From a virus (lineage: Duplodnaviria > Heunggongvirae > Uroviricota > Caudoviricetes), in the IMG/VR virus record IMGVR_UViG_2534682349_000001: a DNA stretch of 23,863 nt; one strand, given 5' to 3'. The translations under genes and the position numbers were made by a program. A model generated the notes under the pieces. That model was not told the origin of the DNA, made no database searches, and saw nothing but the letters and a program-made list of their open reading frames with translations. The number at the start of each line of letters is the position of its first letter. Positions within the stretch are counted from its first letter, which is position 1. Positions 6,846-16,670 of the stretch are shown piece after piece.

Positions 6846-8411
6846 TTGAAAAATAAACGCAGAAATATGCGAGGGAGACGACGCACCTATGAGCGAAATA
6901 TAGCAAGCATTCGTAGAAGAAACGCTGAATATGCTTCTGTTTTAGCGGATCCTAAGAGTCGGTTTAAGCCAAGTACTAACGCAGCTACCGAAAAGAAAAA
7001 TATAAAGAGCTATTTACAGAGACCTGCCGATAATTTTGCCACAATAGCAGCAACGTTACGACAGGCATATTTAAACAGCGGAATTGTAAGCGGTGTCATG
7101 GATTATTACGTAGCACACCCAACATACAATTATTCAATATATCCTGTACTTGGTAATAAACAATATGCTATTGCAGGTAATATGCAACAAGATTACATAG
7201 ATATGGCCTACCAGCTCAATATGTTAAATGTCAACTATTGGGCTCCTAAATTCTTCAAGGACACATTGATTGATGGGGTTACGTTCTATGTGAAGATTGA
7301 AGATTCTACGGGAATAGCTTACATGAAGCTTCCTCCAGAGTGGTGTCGTATTTCTAACTTAGAAAATGGTGTATATCGTTTTAGAGTCGATGTTTCCAAA
7401 CTAAAGCAAGAACAATATGACGAATTACCTAATGAACTTCAGCAAGCTTTTGATAAATATCATGACAATAGTATTAGCGATGATGATCAAGATTGGTATG
7501 ACCGTAAGTGGTATATGGTCTCAGATGATGGATTTGCTTTTACATTTGACCATAACGCAATAAATAACGGTGGAGTTGCGATTTCACCATTCGCAAGTGT
7601 TTTAGCAGATAGTCTTTCACTAGATGCTGCTAAAGATAATATTGATATTAAAGATAAGCTTGATACGATCCGAATTATTCACTCCAAACTACCAACTGAT
7701 AGTAACGGAGCGCCAACACTGGATCTTAAAACTGCTCGGAATTTTGACGATCAAATGAGGTCAAGATTACCAGATGGTGTTGTCTCTATTACGAGTCCAT
7801 CTTCGTTAGATAATGTCCCATTAAAAGGGTCTGGTAATGAAGGTGTGTACGACACTGTAAATAATGGACTGGAGCAGTTATTTTACGACTTGGGTATTAG
7901 TTCCTCACTATTTGGTGGAAAAACTACTAGTTCAAATATTGTAAAGGAATCGGTAAAAAAGGATTCAAACTGGATTTATACAAACTTATTCCCAATGCTT
8001 GAAGCATATTACAACTTTGAACTTAGCCAAGTTAAGACTCAGAACAAGATTCCTTGGAATTTGAAGTTCATTAGAGAATCGAACTTCACCTTAAAAGAAG
8101 ATATTGCTAACTATAAAGATCAGCTTAGTTATGGTGGGTCAAGACTTGATTACTTAGCATCTGTTGGATTTACTCCAGATCAGGTAATTTCACAATTAAG
8201 TTTTGAACAACAGGCATTGGACATTGACTCAATTATGGTAGTTAAACCAACGTCTAATACCATTTCAAGCAAAGAAGCTGCGAATAGCAGTGGAAAGGCG
8301 ACACCTAAAGCACCTAATAGCAATATAAACAATCCAAATAAGGGTAACGTTGGCCGACCAGAAACAGATAATCCAACGGATGACACTGACCGGCTCAATG
8401 ACGCTCAATAG
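6846..8411 (+). CDS. Portal protein
   Basis: 521 aa directly after terL. Portal-like size, segments such as FFKDTLIDGVTF and LFYDLGISSSLFGG, and a C-terminal GRP motif. Confidence 0.8.
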   Translation: MKNKRRNMRGRRRTYERNIASIRRRNAEYASVLADPKSRFKPSTNAATEKKNIKSYLQRPADNFATIAATLRQAYLNSGIVSGVMDYYVAHPTYNYSIYPVLGNKQYAIAGNMQQDYIDMAYQLNMLNVNYWAPKFFKDTLIDGVTFYVKIEDSTGIAYMKLPPEWCRISNLENGVYRFRVDVSKLKQEQYDELPNELQQAFDKYHDNSISDDDQDWYDRKWYMVSDDGFAFTFDHNAINNGGVAISPFASVLADSLSLDAAKDNIDIKDKLDTIRIIHSKLPTDSNGAPTLDLKTARNFDDQMRSRLPDGVVSITSPSSLDNVPLKGSGNEGVYDTVNNGLEQLFYDLGISSSLFGGKTTSSNIVKESVKKDSNWIYTNLFPMLEAYYNFELSQVKTQNKIPWNLKFIRESNFTLKEDIANYKDQLSYGGSRLDYLASVGFTPDQVISQLSFEQQALDIDSIMVVKPTSNTISSKEAANSSGKATPKAPNSNINNPNKGNVGRPETDNPTDDTDRLNDAQ

Positions 8412-8425
8412 GTGGGGTTAAACAA

Positions 8426-10141
8426 ATGATTGAAGTAACGACAGTAAAGTTACCAACTCACTTTGAAGAGCTTGAATCTAATACGGATTCTCGCTTCCAA
8501 AAAGTGAAGATTTATATAGCTCATACAGGTGAGAATTTAAATAATTCTGTATTTTCCAAAGATGTTCTGGAGAATATGATTCCCTCACTTTCGAATATTC
8601 CTATATTGGGTCTGATTAGTGAAAATTCTAATGGAGAAAGCGACTTTAGGGGTCATGAAAAGACATTGGACATTACTGATGGAAAATTCAAGATCAAGTT
8701 TAATACTCATGCGTATGGGTTTGTTCCAGAAGATAATAATGCTCATTTCGAAGTTACTGGTGGCAAAGAATGGCTAGTGACCGATGGCTATCTCTGGACA
8801 AGATTCATTGACGCTATAGAACTATTTAACGATGCAAGTGGTTCTAAAGGGCAATCAATGGAAGTGGGAAACGTTGAAGGATATACAGATAACAGAGGAC
8901 GATTAGTATTTACAAGTGCTATGTTCACTGGATTATGTATTCTTGGTGATGATGTACCGCCAGCAATGACTGGTTCAGCGATTTCAACAGTATTTAGTAA
9001 AGAAGACTTTAAGTCAACTTTTAAAGAAATGTTAGCCGAGTTTTCGGCTGAGAAAGGAGAAAAAGCTTTGGCGACTAAGAAAAAACAAGAAAACGGAGCA
9101 ACGGTAGTTGAAGAACCAAAGTCTGATGCTTCAACGGCTACGGAACCAAAATCAAGTGCTGTTAGTGAGACTGCAAAGCCAGCTACACCTGCTTCATCTG
9201 CGTCAACCAGTAGCGCTTCTAAACCAGCCGAAACGCCTGCATCAAGTGCAAGCGAAGATAATTCAAAGGCTAGTTCTGCAACGTCAACCAGTACTTCTAC
9301 ATCCGATAAAGCTGCACCAGCTAATGAATTAGGTGCCGAACCAGCTAGCGGAGATAATACAGAAGAGCAAGACGACAATGCAGAAATGTCCAGTGATAAG
9401 GACGATAAAGACGGTATTTCTTTAAACAAAAATGAAAGCGATTACAAAAAAGACGATGGTAATGATGATTCCGAAGACGATACGGAAGATGGGGACGACA
9501 AAAAAGATAAAGACAAGTTCGCTTGTGGCTCAGGAAAAAACAAGAAGAAGGCACAATTCGAACTAAATCTTAATGATCGCGAATATGCATTATCACAAGC
9601 GGTACGTAACAAATTTAACGCTGGTGGAAATACCGATATTTATCCAGTTGAAGTCTTTGAGGGTTACGGAATCTTCAAGTCAGTTAACTGGAGTTCTGAT
9701 GACAGTAAGCTGTATCGGATTGATTACAGCGTGAATGCAGACGACTCAATCAAGTTGGGGGATAAAACGGAGATTTTCTCAATGTATGTCACTCAAGACG
9801 AGAAAAACAAGATTGAATCAGATCGCAATAAATTAGCTGTTTTAGAAGCACAAATTGCTGAACTAACGGAATACAAGAACAGCATCGAAATGTCTAAGAA
9901 AGAGAAGGCATTAGATGAGGTTAAGGCTTCGTTATCGGCAGAACAAATGAAGGACATTCGGGGCAGATTCAAAGAAATGTCTGTAGAAGATATTGAAAAA
10001 GAAATTGCCTACGCAATGTACACAACGAATAAGAGAGAGCTATCACATCCAAAACGTGGAGGAGTCCAAACAACGAATTTCTCTACAAAAAAGGAAAGTG
10101 AATTGGGATATGGAACAGCAGATGTCCTATTCCACAAATAA
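8426..10141 (+). CDS. Prohead protease/scaffold fusion (YonD-like)
   Basis: N-terminal FQKVKIYIAHTGENLNNSVFSK...SMEV...FTGLCILG domain, a low-complexity linker and a coiled-coil C-terminus. Lies between portal and capsid genes. Confidence 0.75.
   Translation: MIEVTTVKLPTHFEELESNTDSRFQKVKIYIAHTGENLNNSVFSKDVLENMIPSLSNIPILGLISENSNGESDFRGHEKTLDITDGKFKIKFNTHAYGFVPEDNNAHFEVTGGKEWLVTDGYLWTRFIDAIELFNDASGSKGQSMEVGNVEGYTDNRGRLVFTSAMFTGLCILGDDVPPAMTGSAISTVFSKEDFKSTFKEMLAEFSAEKGEKALATKKKQENGATVVEEPKSDASTATEPKSSAVSETAKPATPASSASTSSASKPAETPASSASEDNSKASSATSTSTSTSDKAAPANELGAEPASGDNTEEQDDNAEMSSDKDDKDGISLNKNESDYKKDDGNDDSEDDTEDGDDKKDKDKFACGSGKNKKKAQFELNLNDREYALSQAVRNKFNAGGNTDIYPVEVFEGYGIFKSVNWSSDDSKLYRIDYSVNADDSIKLGDKTEIFSMYVTQDEKNKIESDRNKLAVLEAQIAELTEYKNSIEMSKKEKALDEVKASLSAEQMKDIRGRFKEMSVEDIEKEIAYAMYTTNKRELSHPKRGGVQTTNFSTKKESELGYGTADVLFHK
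9068..10141 (+). CDS. Putative nested in-frame scaffold protein (internal TTG start)
   Basis: AAAGGAG at 9053-9059 lies 8 nt before an in-frame TTG at 9068, exactly at the domain/linker boundary. Confidence 0.5.
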   Translation: MATKKKQENGATVVEEPKSDASTATEPKSSAVSETAKPATPASSASTSSASKPAETPASSASEDNSKASSATSTSTSTSDKAAPANELGAEPASGDNTEEQDDNAEMSSDKDDKDGISLNKNESDYKKDDGNDDSEDDTEDGDDKKDKDKFACGSGKNKKKAQFELNLNDREYALSQAVRNKFNAGGNTDIYPVEVFEGYGIFKSVNWSSDDSKLYRIDYSVNADDSIKLGDKTEIFSMYVTQDEKNKIESDRNKLAVLEAQIAELTEYKNSIEMSKKEKALDEVKASLSAEQMKDIRGRFKEMSVEDIEKEIAYAMYTTNKRELSHPKRGGVQTTNFSTKKESELGYGTADVLFHK

Positions 10142-10171
10142 TTAGATAGAGAGAAAGAGGTTTATAAATCT

Positions 10172-10612
10172 ATGGCTGAAGTTATTTTAGACAAGATTAA
10201 ATCTACAGCACACATTGACAGTGTTGTAGCAAAAGATGATCTAAAGAACGGTCAATGGTTAACTTTGGGCCTTCTTGATGCAGACGGTGAACGTCGTTTA
10301 GCTGAAAAGGCAAAGACAGAAGATACAGCAGATGTTCTTCTTGTTACAAGTTTTACCAGATATGATCCAAATACTGATTTTGCAGACTACGTTACTAAGG
10401 CAGGACAAACTGGTCGTGCTTTCCATATGGAAAAGGGCGATGTTATTTCAGTGACTAAAGACTTAGTAGCTAGCGCAAAGAAGGGTGACGAATTAACTAT
10501 TGGTGACGATGGTTTAGGGTTCAAGAAAGCAGAAGGTCGCGGTATCGCACAAATTATTGGCGAAGAAAATCAAGGATTTTACGGCGACATGTTTGTAATC
10601 GCTATTCGCTAA
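10172..10612 (+). CDS. Capsid accessory/stabilising protein
   Basis: 146 aa between scaffold and capsid genes, with RBS GAGG. Assigned from position in SPbeta-like synteny. Confidence 0.55.
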   Translation: MAEVILDKIKSTAHIDSVVAKDDLKNGQWLTLGLLDADGERRLAEKAKTEDTADVLLVTSFTRYDPNTDFADYVTKAGQTGRAFHMEKGDVISVTKDLVASAKKGDELTIGDDGLGFKKAEGRGIAQIIGEENQGFYGDMFVIAIR

Positions 10613-10636
10613 TAAGGAAACGAGGTAAATATTCAA

Positions 10637-11620
10637 ATGGAAAGAAACGATTTTATGAATTTTGCTCGCGACCTATACTTCAAGCGTGAATTTAGCAAGA
10701 ACGGTGTATCAGGTCAAGAAGCAATGCGTAACGCTATTTTAGACGCACTTGGTGGAGAATTTACCCCTACTTCTTGGGGTAAAAACAAGTATGATGTTTT
10801 CGAATTAATTTCTGAAGCGGTTGACGCAGTTGTTCCACGTTTATTAACGGACCAATTTGCTAACATTGCTGACATTCGTACTGTTGCTATTGGTGAAAAA
10901 CCGATTTTCCAAGTACAAGATCCAAAGGCTATTCGGGTAGGTCGCGTAGCAGCCGGTGACCAAGATATTCGTCGGCAAACTATCAAGGACACTCATTACT
11001 CAATTGAAACAGAAGACTTTGGCGCATCTGTATACACAGAACTCCACCAATTTATGACTGGGACTATTGACTGGAGCAACTTGATTGATCGTGTGGCGCA
11101 AGCATTTACAAATCACATTCAATCTACTATTGCAGAAGCATTGAATGACAGTTACTCATTACTTAATGCTACTGACAAGGTAACTGGTCAAGCAACTCTT
11201 GATCAAGTTGTTAAGCTTGCAGAACGTATTCAAGTTAAAGCTAACCGTAATGTAGAAATTTATGGAACCAAGGCTGCTTTAAGCAAGTTAGCAGAAATGG
11301 CAAACGTAAATCTCTACTCAGGTGATATGAAGAACGAATTAAATGAAAAGGGCTTCCTTGGTGTTGTTCGTGGATTGAAGTTAAACGAAATTCCACAAGC
11401 ATTTAAGGTTAACAAAGATGAATTCGCCCTTGACGATAACAAGCTTTTGATTCTTCCAGAAGGTGAAAAGATCGTTGGTGTGGTAATGGAAGGTGACGCT
11501 ATCACTGTTGAACCAGACTACACAGGACGGAATGATTTACAAATGGGCTTTAAGACCATCGAACGTATGGGAATCATGGCTCTTCAAATGAAAGTATACG
11601 GTATGGCTGAATTAGGCTAA
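10637..11620 (+). CDS. Major capsid protein
   Basis: 327 aa with highly biased codon usage and HK97-like layout. Position after scaffold and accessory genes. Confidence 0.85.
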   Translation: MERNDFMNFARDLYFKREFSKNGVSGQEAMRNAILDALGGEFTPTSWGKNKYDVFELISEAVDAVVPRLLTDQFANIADIRTVAIGEKPIFQVQDPKAIRVGRVAAGDQDIRRQTIKDTHYSIETEDFGASVYTELHQFMTGTIDWSNLIDRVAQAFTNHIQSTIAEALNDSYSLLNATDKVTGQATLDQVVKLAERIQVKANRNVEIYGTKAALSKLAEMANVNLYSGDMKNELNEKGFLGVVRGLKLNEIPQAFKVNKDEFALDDNKLLILPEGEKIVGVVMEGDAITVEPDYTGRNDLQMGFKTIERMGIMALQMKVYGMAELG

Positions 11621-11625
11621 TCGTA

Positions 11626-11656
11626 AGCTGGGTGGGGTTCGACTCCTCATCTAGTT
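11626..11656 (+). ncRNA. tRNA-minihelix-like element 2 (12-bp stem plus TTCGACT loop)
   Basis: AGCTGGGTGGGG-TTCGACT-CCTCATCTAGTT gives 12 consecutive WC/GU pairs and starts 5 nt after the capsid stop. Confidence 0.65.
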
Positions 11657-11814
11657 ATAGTGACAACATATGAGAGAGAAATGTAGTCATATTAATAAAG
11701 AATGTTCAGTTATTTCGGTTATATTGATTCTAAAGTTTAATCGTATTGATGTTGCACTTTATCCTTCTTTGCGGCAGGATAGATAATGTTTAAAAAGGAG
11801 GTGGCATTGATACG

Positions 11815-12990
11815 ATGAATAATACTGCGATTTGTACACAAAAGGTACGACTTTACCCTAATTTGACGATGAAAAAAGTCCTAGACGATTTATGCGACTA
11901 CCGGCGATATTGCTGGAATCAAGGACTTGCTTTGTGGAACGATATGTATGACGAATCATTAATTATGAATGATAAGAAATTACGTCCCAACGCAAGAAAA
12001 GTACGTGATGAGTTAGTTGCTAATAAAGAGGACTGGCAATATCAATTATCATCACGATGTTTGCAATTAGCTATCTTTGATTTAGGAGTTGCCTGGAAGA
12101 ACTATCTAAATCAAACATTACCCGATTGGGGTAAGCCACAATTTAAATATAAAAAGTCTAATAAACAGGGATTTAAAACCGATAACGCGAGATTGGTAGG
12201 ACGAGCTTTGTTTTTAGATAAACCCAGAAGCATAAATGCTGATAATTGGTTCCCAATTCGAATAAAGGGACTTAAGAGGATAGAAGGAAAATTGAAATTA
12301 ACTTCTGTTACTCGTAAGGGAAATAAATATTGGGCGAGTCTTACATTTGAAGTTAAATCTATTAGACAAAAGAGAAAAACAAAAAGTAGTACAGCAATTG
12401 ATCTTAATGTTGGGCACATTAACTATACTGATGGAAAGATTAATACATTGCCTAAGAAATTACAAAGATTATACGGTCGTATCAAGCACTATCAACAGTG
12501 CTTAAGTAAGAAGCGTATCGTCAATGGGAAGTTAGCTGCTCAAAGCAAGAATTACGTTAAAACGAGAGCCAAGTTGCAACGTGATTACGATAAGGTAGTA
12601 AATATCCAACATGACATTGTACAAAAGTTTACAACTAAATTGGTTACTGATTATGACAAAATTGTAATTGAAGATTTAGACGTAAAAAAGATGCAAATGT
12701 CACATGTTGCCTCTAAAGGAATGCATCGGTCCATGTTTGGCTATTTTAGAGAAGTATTGAAATACAAATGTGATTGGTATGGTAAAAAAATTATTTTAGC
12801 TGATCAATATTATCCTAGCACCCAACGATGTTCTAGTTGTGGATATATTAAAACTGGGGAAGAAAAAGTTTGTCTTAATGGAAATAAAAAGCACAGAACT
12901 AAGCATAATGAATATATTTGTTATGAATGTGGTGCAATTAAGGACAGAGATGAAAATGCTGTAATGAATTTATTAGCCTTAGCGGAATAA
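11815..12990 (+). CDS. tnpB: TnpB RNA-guided endonuclease
   Basis: N-terminal TQKVRLYPN HTH. RuvC-I AIDLNV, RuvC-II IVIEDL, Zn finger CSSC...CYEC, RuvC-III DRDENA. All three catalytic acids are present. Confidence 0.93.
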   Translation: MNNTAICTQKVRLYPNLTMKKVLDDLCDYRRYCWNQGLALWNDMYDESLIMNDKKLRPNARKVRDELVANKEDWQYQLSSRCLQLAIFDLGVAWKNYLNQTLPDWGKPQFKYKKSNKQGFKTDNARLVGRALFLDKPRSINADNWFPIRIKGLKRIEGKLKLTSVTRKGNKYWASLTFEVKSIRQKRKTKSSTAIDLNVGHINYTDGKINTLPKKLQRLYGRIKHYQQCLSKKRIVNGKLAAQSKNYVKTRAKLQRDYDKVVNIQHDIVQKFTTKLVTDYDKIVIEDLDVKKMQMSHVASKGMHRSMFGYFREVLKYKCDWYGKKIILADQYYPSTQRCSSCGYIKTGEEKVCLNGNKKHRTKHNEYICYECGAIKDRDENAVMNLLALAE

Positions 12991-13148
12991 ATAAAAATAA
13001 CGGGGCTGGCTAGGTCCTTAAGCTATCAGAGCTGGTCGATGTCATTACCCTCTAGTTAGGATATGGGAATACCGGTGTTGACGGTAGTAAATAAAATAAG
13101 AAAGAAAATATGAATATTCTTTTTATAGATCTACATTTTTATATAGCA
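12991..13148 (+). ncRNA. Putative omega/reRNA scaffold of TnpB
   Basis: Structured tail downstream of tnpB (GGGGC/GTCCT, GCTATC/GGTAGT and GCTGGT/ACCGGT stems) at the position expected for the right-end RNA. Confidence 0.6.
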
Positions 13149-13164
13149 AAGAGAGGTTTTGAGA

Positions 13165-13728
13165 ATGTCACGTGAAGTAAAGCGCCGGAAGCGCAAAATT
13201 ATTGACCCCTCAACTGAAATAGTAGTTGCAAATAATACTTATGGTACTTTTGCTTACGAATCAAAGAATGGGGTACTTTCAATTGTTTTAGAAGAGAACG
13301 GTGATGAAGAATACATCACATACTCTGAGGCAAGAAAGCTAAAAAAGTATTTTGAAAATATGTCTCTGTTAATAATTGACGTTAACTCTGACGAAGATAT
13401 TTCAATTATGGATGTTGTTCGCGGATTGCGATTAACAGATGTTTATAGTTCATACCTTAAATTTGTAGAAGGTTTTAATGAAGACGAATTTGATGAGGTG
13501 GAAGCATTGTATTCAGATGCTCTTGCTGACTTTGTAGTTGATTCAGATATAGACGAATTTAAGGAAGTACTTAAAACTCCACTAAGAAATGCGATCGTTA
13601 TGACAACGGTTGAGATGTATAAACAACGACGCTTAACAAATCGTGACAAACAAGACCTTGTTAATAACAGAGATGAGGATTTCTGGGCGGATGTAGATGT
13701 GTCCGTTAAAGCGGTAGAAGGTCACTAA
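13165..13728 (+). CDS. Hypothetical head-module protein (YonA-like position)
   Basis: RBS GAGAGG at 13151-13156 favours ATG 13165 over TTG 13159. Confidence 0.7.
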   Translation: MSREVKRRKRKIIDPSTEIVVANNTYGTFAYESKNGVLSIVLEENGDEEYITYSEARKLKKYFENMSLLIIDVNSDEDISIMDVVRGLRLTDVYSSYLKFVEGFNEDEFDEVEALYSDALADFVVDSDIDEFKEVLKTPLRNAIVMTTVEMYKQRRLTNRDKQDLVNNRDEDFWADVDVSVKAVEGH

Positions 13729-13753
13729 ATATTATTTGAAAGGGGAGTCTTTC

Positions 13754-14212
13754 ATGGCAAATGAAAGTAATGACCCTAAATATACATATTACGAAGAAGT
13801 CTACAAGGTTTTCTTGAATACAGTAGATTCATATGACTTCGCTCAAATGGATGATGACGAATTAGAAAGCGTCTTATATGGATATATGGATTCAGGTCGA
13901 TTACTTTTCAGTACTTATATAGCTAAAGATTTCATGGATGACGATCCTGAAAATAAGAGATTTAACTTCAAGATGACAAGAGTAGAAATTGCTTTACTTG
14001 CACAGGCAATGAAACTTGAGTGGGTTCGTGAACATCTGAATTCGGAAGAGTTAATGCGAAAAGCGATTGGTGATCGAGACTTTAATACGGTTCAGGGATA
14101 TCAATACTTGGATCGTCTCCAGACTATGGAGAAACAATTGAGTAGGGAGATTACCGCTCAAATCAATCGATTAGAATACTCGAATCCAGAACTGTACGGT
14201 GAAATGAAATGA
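13754..14212 (+). CDS. Putative head-tail adaptor
   Basis: RBS AAAGGGGAG favours ATG 13754. Helical protein of about 152 aa at the neck position. Confidence 0.5.
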   Translation: MANESNDPKYTYYEEVYKVFLNTVDSYDFAQMDDDELESVLYGYMDSGRLLFSTYIAKDFMDDDPENKRFNFKMTRVEIALLAQAMKLEWVREHLNSEELMRKAIGDRDFNTVQGYQYLDRLQTMEKQLSREITAQINRLEYSNPELYGEMK

Positions 14213-15267
14213 GTAGTTTTGCAACATCATACCGCAGAAAGCAACGAGTCATTGGGGACAACAGAGTTAATAGAAATTATAATCGGCAGCTTGAGGGCTT
14301 TAATCTTTACTACAAAGATACTCTAACTAAGCATGATTGTATTATTGACGGAGTTCCAACACAAGCGGTTTTCCAAGATCATTCTCAAAGTAATAATAAA
14401 GATTTGTCTGATGACAAGTACGTAGTGGTTCCTAACTCAGTAAAAATTGGTGTGGGATCGTATGTTGAGTGGGCAGATGAAACATGGATGGTTTTTACTG
14501 AAGAGTATAAAACGATTCCTTCTCATCAGCAGTTAAAGATAAAACATACAAATAGACGGATTAAATGGCTAACGAATAGGGATAGCAAGCTAATCTGTAA
14601 TTTTGGTAAAGGTTGGCCCGCTTATGTACAGAACCAAACCTTATATACATTAGGAGTTTCGTTCTCTGGGCAAAATATAGCTTTAGCTAATGCAAAGATG
14701 TCTGTTTATATTAAAGACATTCCAGAAACAAGGGCAGTTAGCGTAGGTACTAGATTATGGATTTCGGGTCAGGTATATAAGATCGAATTTGCAGATTATG
14801 TATCAAGACCAGGATTAGTTAATTGGTTATTAGATGAGGATACCAAAAATCCAGAGACAGATAACTATGATTTAGAAATAGCTGATTATTGGGTGTCTGG
14901 ACAGAAAGAAACCGATAACACCAATAATAGTGAAGTAAAGCCTGCTATGCCTTCTAAGGCTTCTGACAGCTCTTCTGAGGAAGAAAAGCCAGAAGTTGAA
15001 TGGAATATCGAAGGAAATAAAAAAGCTCGCCTGAGCCATACGTATGTATACACAGCTATGAATTCAGATGGGACTAAGGCAGATGTGTCTGAATGGATTC
15101 TTGGGACTCTTGAAGACTCTCCATTTTATGTAAAAGAAAAAGACAATCACAGTATTACAGTGACTGTTAAGGATATATTCAAACTTGTGGGACAGACTGT
15201 AACAATTGCAGCTAAAGTTGATGGCAAGATTAAGAATATAGCAATAAAGATTATCAAGAAGTTCTAG
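14209..15267 (+). CDS. Putative head-closure/neck protein with C-terminal beta-rich (Ig-like) extension
   Basis: ATGA overlap with the previous gene. An S/E-rich linker is followed by an approximately 85-aa beta-strand-rich tail. Confidence 0.45.
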   Translation: MSSFATSYRRKQRVIGDNRVNRNYNRQLEGFNLYYKDTLTKHDCIIDGVPTQAVFQDHSQSNNKDLSDDKYVVVPNSVKIGVGSYVEWADETWMVFTEEYKTIPSHQQLKIKHTNRRIKWLTNRDSKLICNFGKGWPAYVQNQTLYTLGVSFSGQNIALANAKMSVYIKDIPETRAVSVGTRLWISGQVYKIEFADYVSRPGLVNWLLDEDTKNPETDNYDLEIADYWVSGQKETDNTNNSEVKPAMPSKASDSSSEEEKPEVEWNIEGNKKARLSHTYVYTAMNSDGTKADVSEWILGTLEDSPFYVKEKDNHSITVTVKDIFKLVGQTVTIAAKVDGKIKNIAIKIIKKF

Positions 15268-15274
15268 GGAGTGA

Positions 15275-15832
15275 GTGAGAGTGCCTGCTATAGAAATTAC
15301 GAATGAGGCTCCTAAACATGTTTCTTCAATAATGAAGATTAGTGAGTGGAAGCAACAAATGATGGAAACAATGGCGATGGATGATGAATTAGCCAAGTTG
15401 CTTTATTACGATTCATCAGATGCCTTAAGTAAGCCCAACTTAACAGAAGAACAAAAATATGAGTTGGTAACTGAAGGAGAAGAAAAACGTCGAATTTATC
15501 CTACGAGATACAAGCCGGGCGTCATTATGGATCAACAAAGTTTTATTGGAATGGCTATTTCTAATTTTTCATTTCCTGAAATTCATTATCACGTTGATAG
15601 TGATTTCGTTATGGGGTACTTATATTTCTTTATTCTAGTTGATAACAAAATTATGGATATTGACGAAGGGCAGAGACAAGATCAAATACTTGCTAGAATT
15701 TATGATTTATTCTCTGATTCTAGAGAATATGGAATTGGAACAGTAAAAATTGGTCAGCTATCTGAATTGTGGGAGCAGAATAATAAGTTCGGTGGATACA
15801 CCATGATGATGAGAGTATATGACTTTAAGTAA
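15275..15832 (+). CDS. Putative tail completion/terminator protein (start may be GTG 15281)
   Basis: Position and size in the neck module only. Confidence 0.45.
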   Translation: MRVPAIEITNEAPKHVSSIMKISEWKQQMMETMAMDDELAKLLYYDSSDALSKPNLTEEQKYELVTEGEEKRRIYPTRYKPGVIMDQQSFIGMAISNFSFPEIHYHVDSDFVMGYLYFFILVDNKIMDIDEGQRQDQILARIYDLFSDSREYGIGTVKIGQLSELWEQNNKFGGYTMMMRVYDFK

Positions 15833-15844
15833 AGGGTGTCTGAG

Positions 15845-16639
15845 ATGAGAATTAATTATTCAAATATAATTCTCGGGAAAGATATACCGATTAACGAGAA
15901 GGTTAAACTTCATATTCCGACTATTGGTGAGTTGGCTGAGGCCGATAATAATGATTTCAACGAAAGTACTCGGATTTTTACAACAAGTGTTAGAGAACAG
16001 TTTAGTGGTGTTCCCGAACAAGTAGACATGATTGAGGAAAAATTTCCGACCCTGTGGGATATGGCGTTTGATGACGAAATGAATGCCCTCGTTGGGGAAG
16101 CTATGTTTGGCGAAAATACAACATTGTTACGTCAATTTTTGAAGGCGCTCTCATACTGGACTAAAACATCCGAGGATCAGTATCGAGCATTAGGAAATAA
16201 AAAAATTATTAGCGAAGAATTGGATTGGATTATTGATGTAAAAACATACACCTATCTATCAAATCTAATTAAAGCTGTGACATTAACAAAACCTAATAAA
16301 GATTTTATAGCTCCAAAGGGAGTTAGTAATAATCCACGAAAAATTCAGATGTGGAAAAACACATACAATGGTCGACTTAGGGAGGCTATGAAAAAGAAAA
16401 ACGTAGAATTGGGAGATCAAATTTTACAGTTAGAAGCATTTGCTCCTGGTTATGTCGGCTTTAGAGATATTAAGGACATGACGTATTACCAATTCTCAAA
16501 TCTACTTTCTGTTTACACAGCCAAGTATTCGTCTGAAAAACAATATCAGATTTATACATCTGAAAAATTCGACACAAAAGATATGAAGTTACCTGATTTA
16601 AGTGAAGAAATTAAATTAATCAAATTTGATGAAAACTAA
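15845..16639 (+). CDS. Hypothetical phage structural/assembly protein
   Basis: RBS AAAGGGTG at 15831-15838 favours ATG 15845. Immediately precedes the major tail gene. Confidence 0.6.
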   Translation: MRINYSNIILGKDIPINEKVKLHIPTIGELAEADNNDFNESTRIFTTSVREQFSGVPEQVDMIEEKFPTLWDMAFDDEMNALVGEAMFGENTTLLRQFLKALSYWTKTSEDQYRALGNKKIISEELDWIIDVKTYTYLSNLIKAVTLTKPNKDFIAPKGVSNNPRKIQMWKNTYNGRLREAMKKKNVELGDQILQLEAFAPGYVGFRDIKDMTYYQFSNLLSVYTAKYSSEKQYQIYTSEKFDTKDMKLPDLSEEIKLIKFDEN

Positions 16640-16670
16640 AAAATAATACGCGAAAGGAGACATGTAATAT

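Larger units (their letters stand above)
11685..13148 (+). mobile_element. Non-autonomous tnpB-only insertion sequence (IS200/605/607 superfamily, IS1341-like); ends approximate
   Basis: A lone tnpB with non-coding flanks interrupts the capsid-to-neck gene order. No tnpA is present. The ends cannot be fixed without an empty-site allele. Confidence 0.75.

Noticed and set aside
11660-13148. IStron (group I intron fused to tnpB element)
   Set aside because: Only about 150 nt lie upstream of tnpB, and no P3/P7 core was found.
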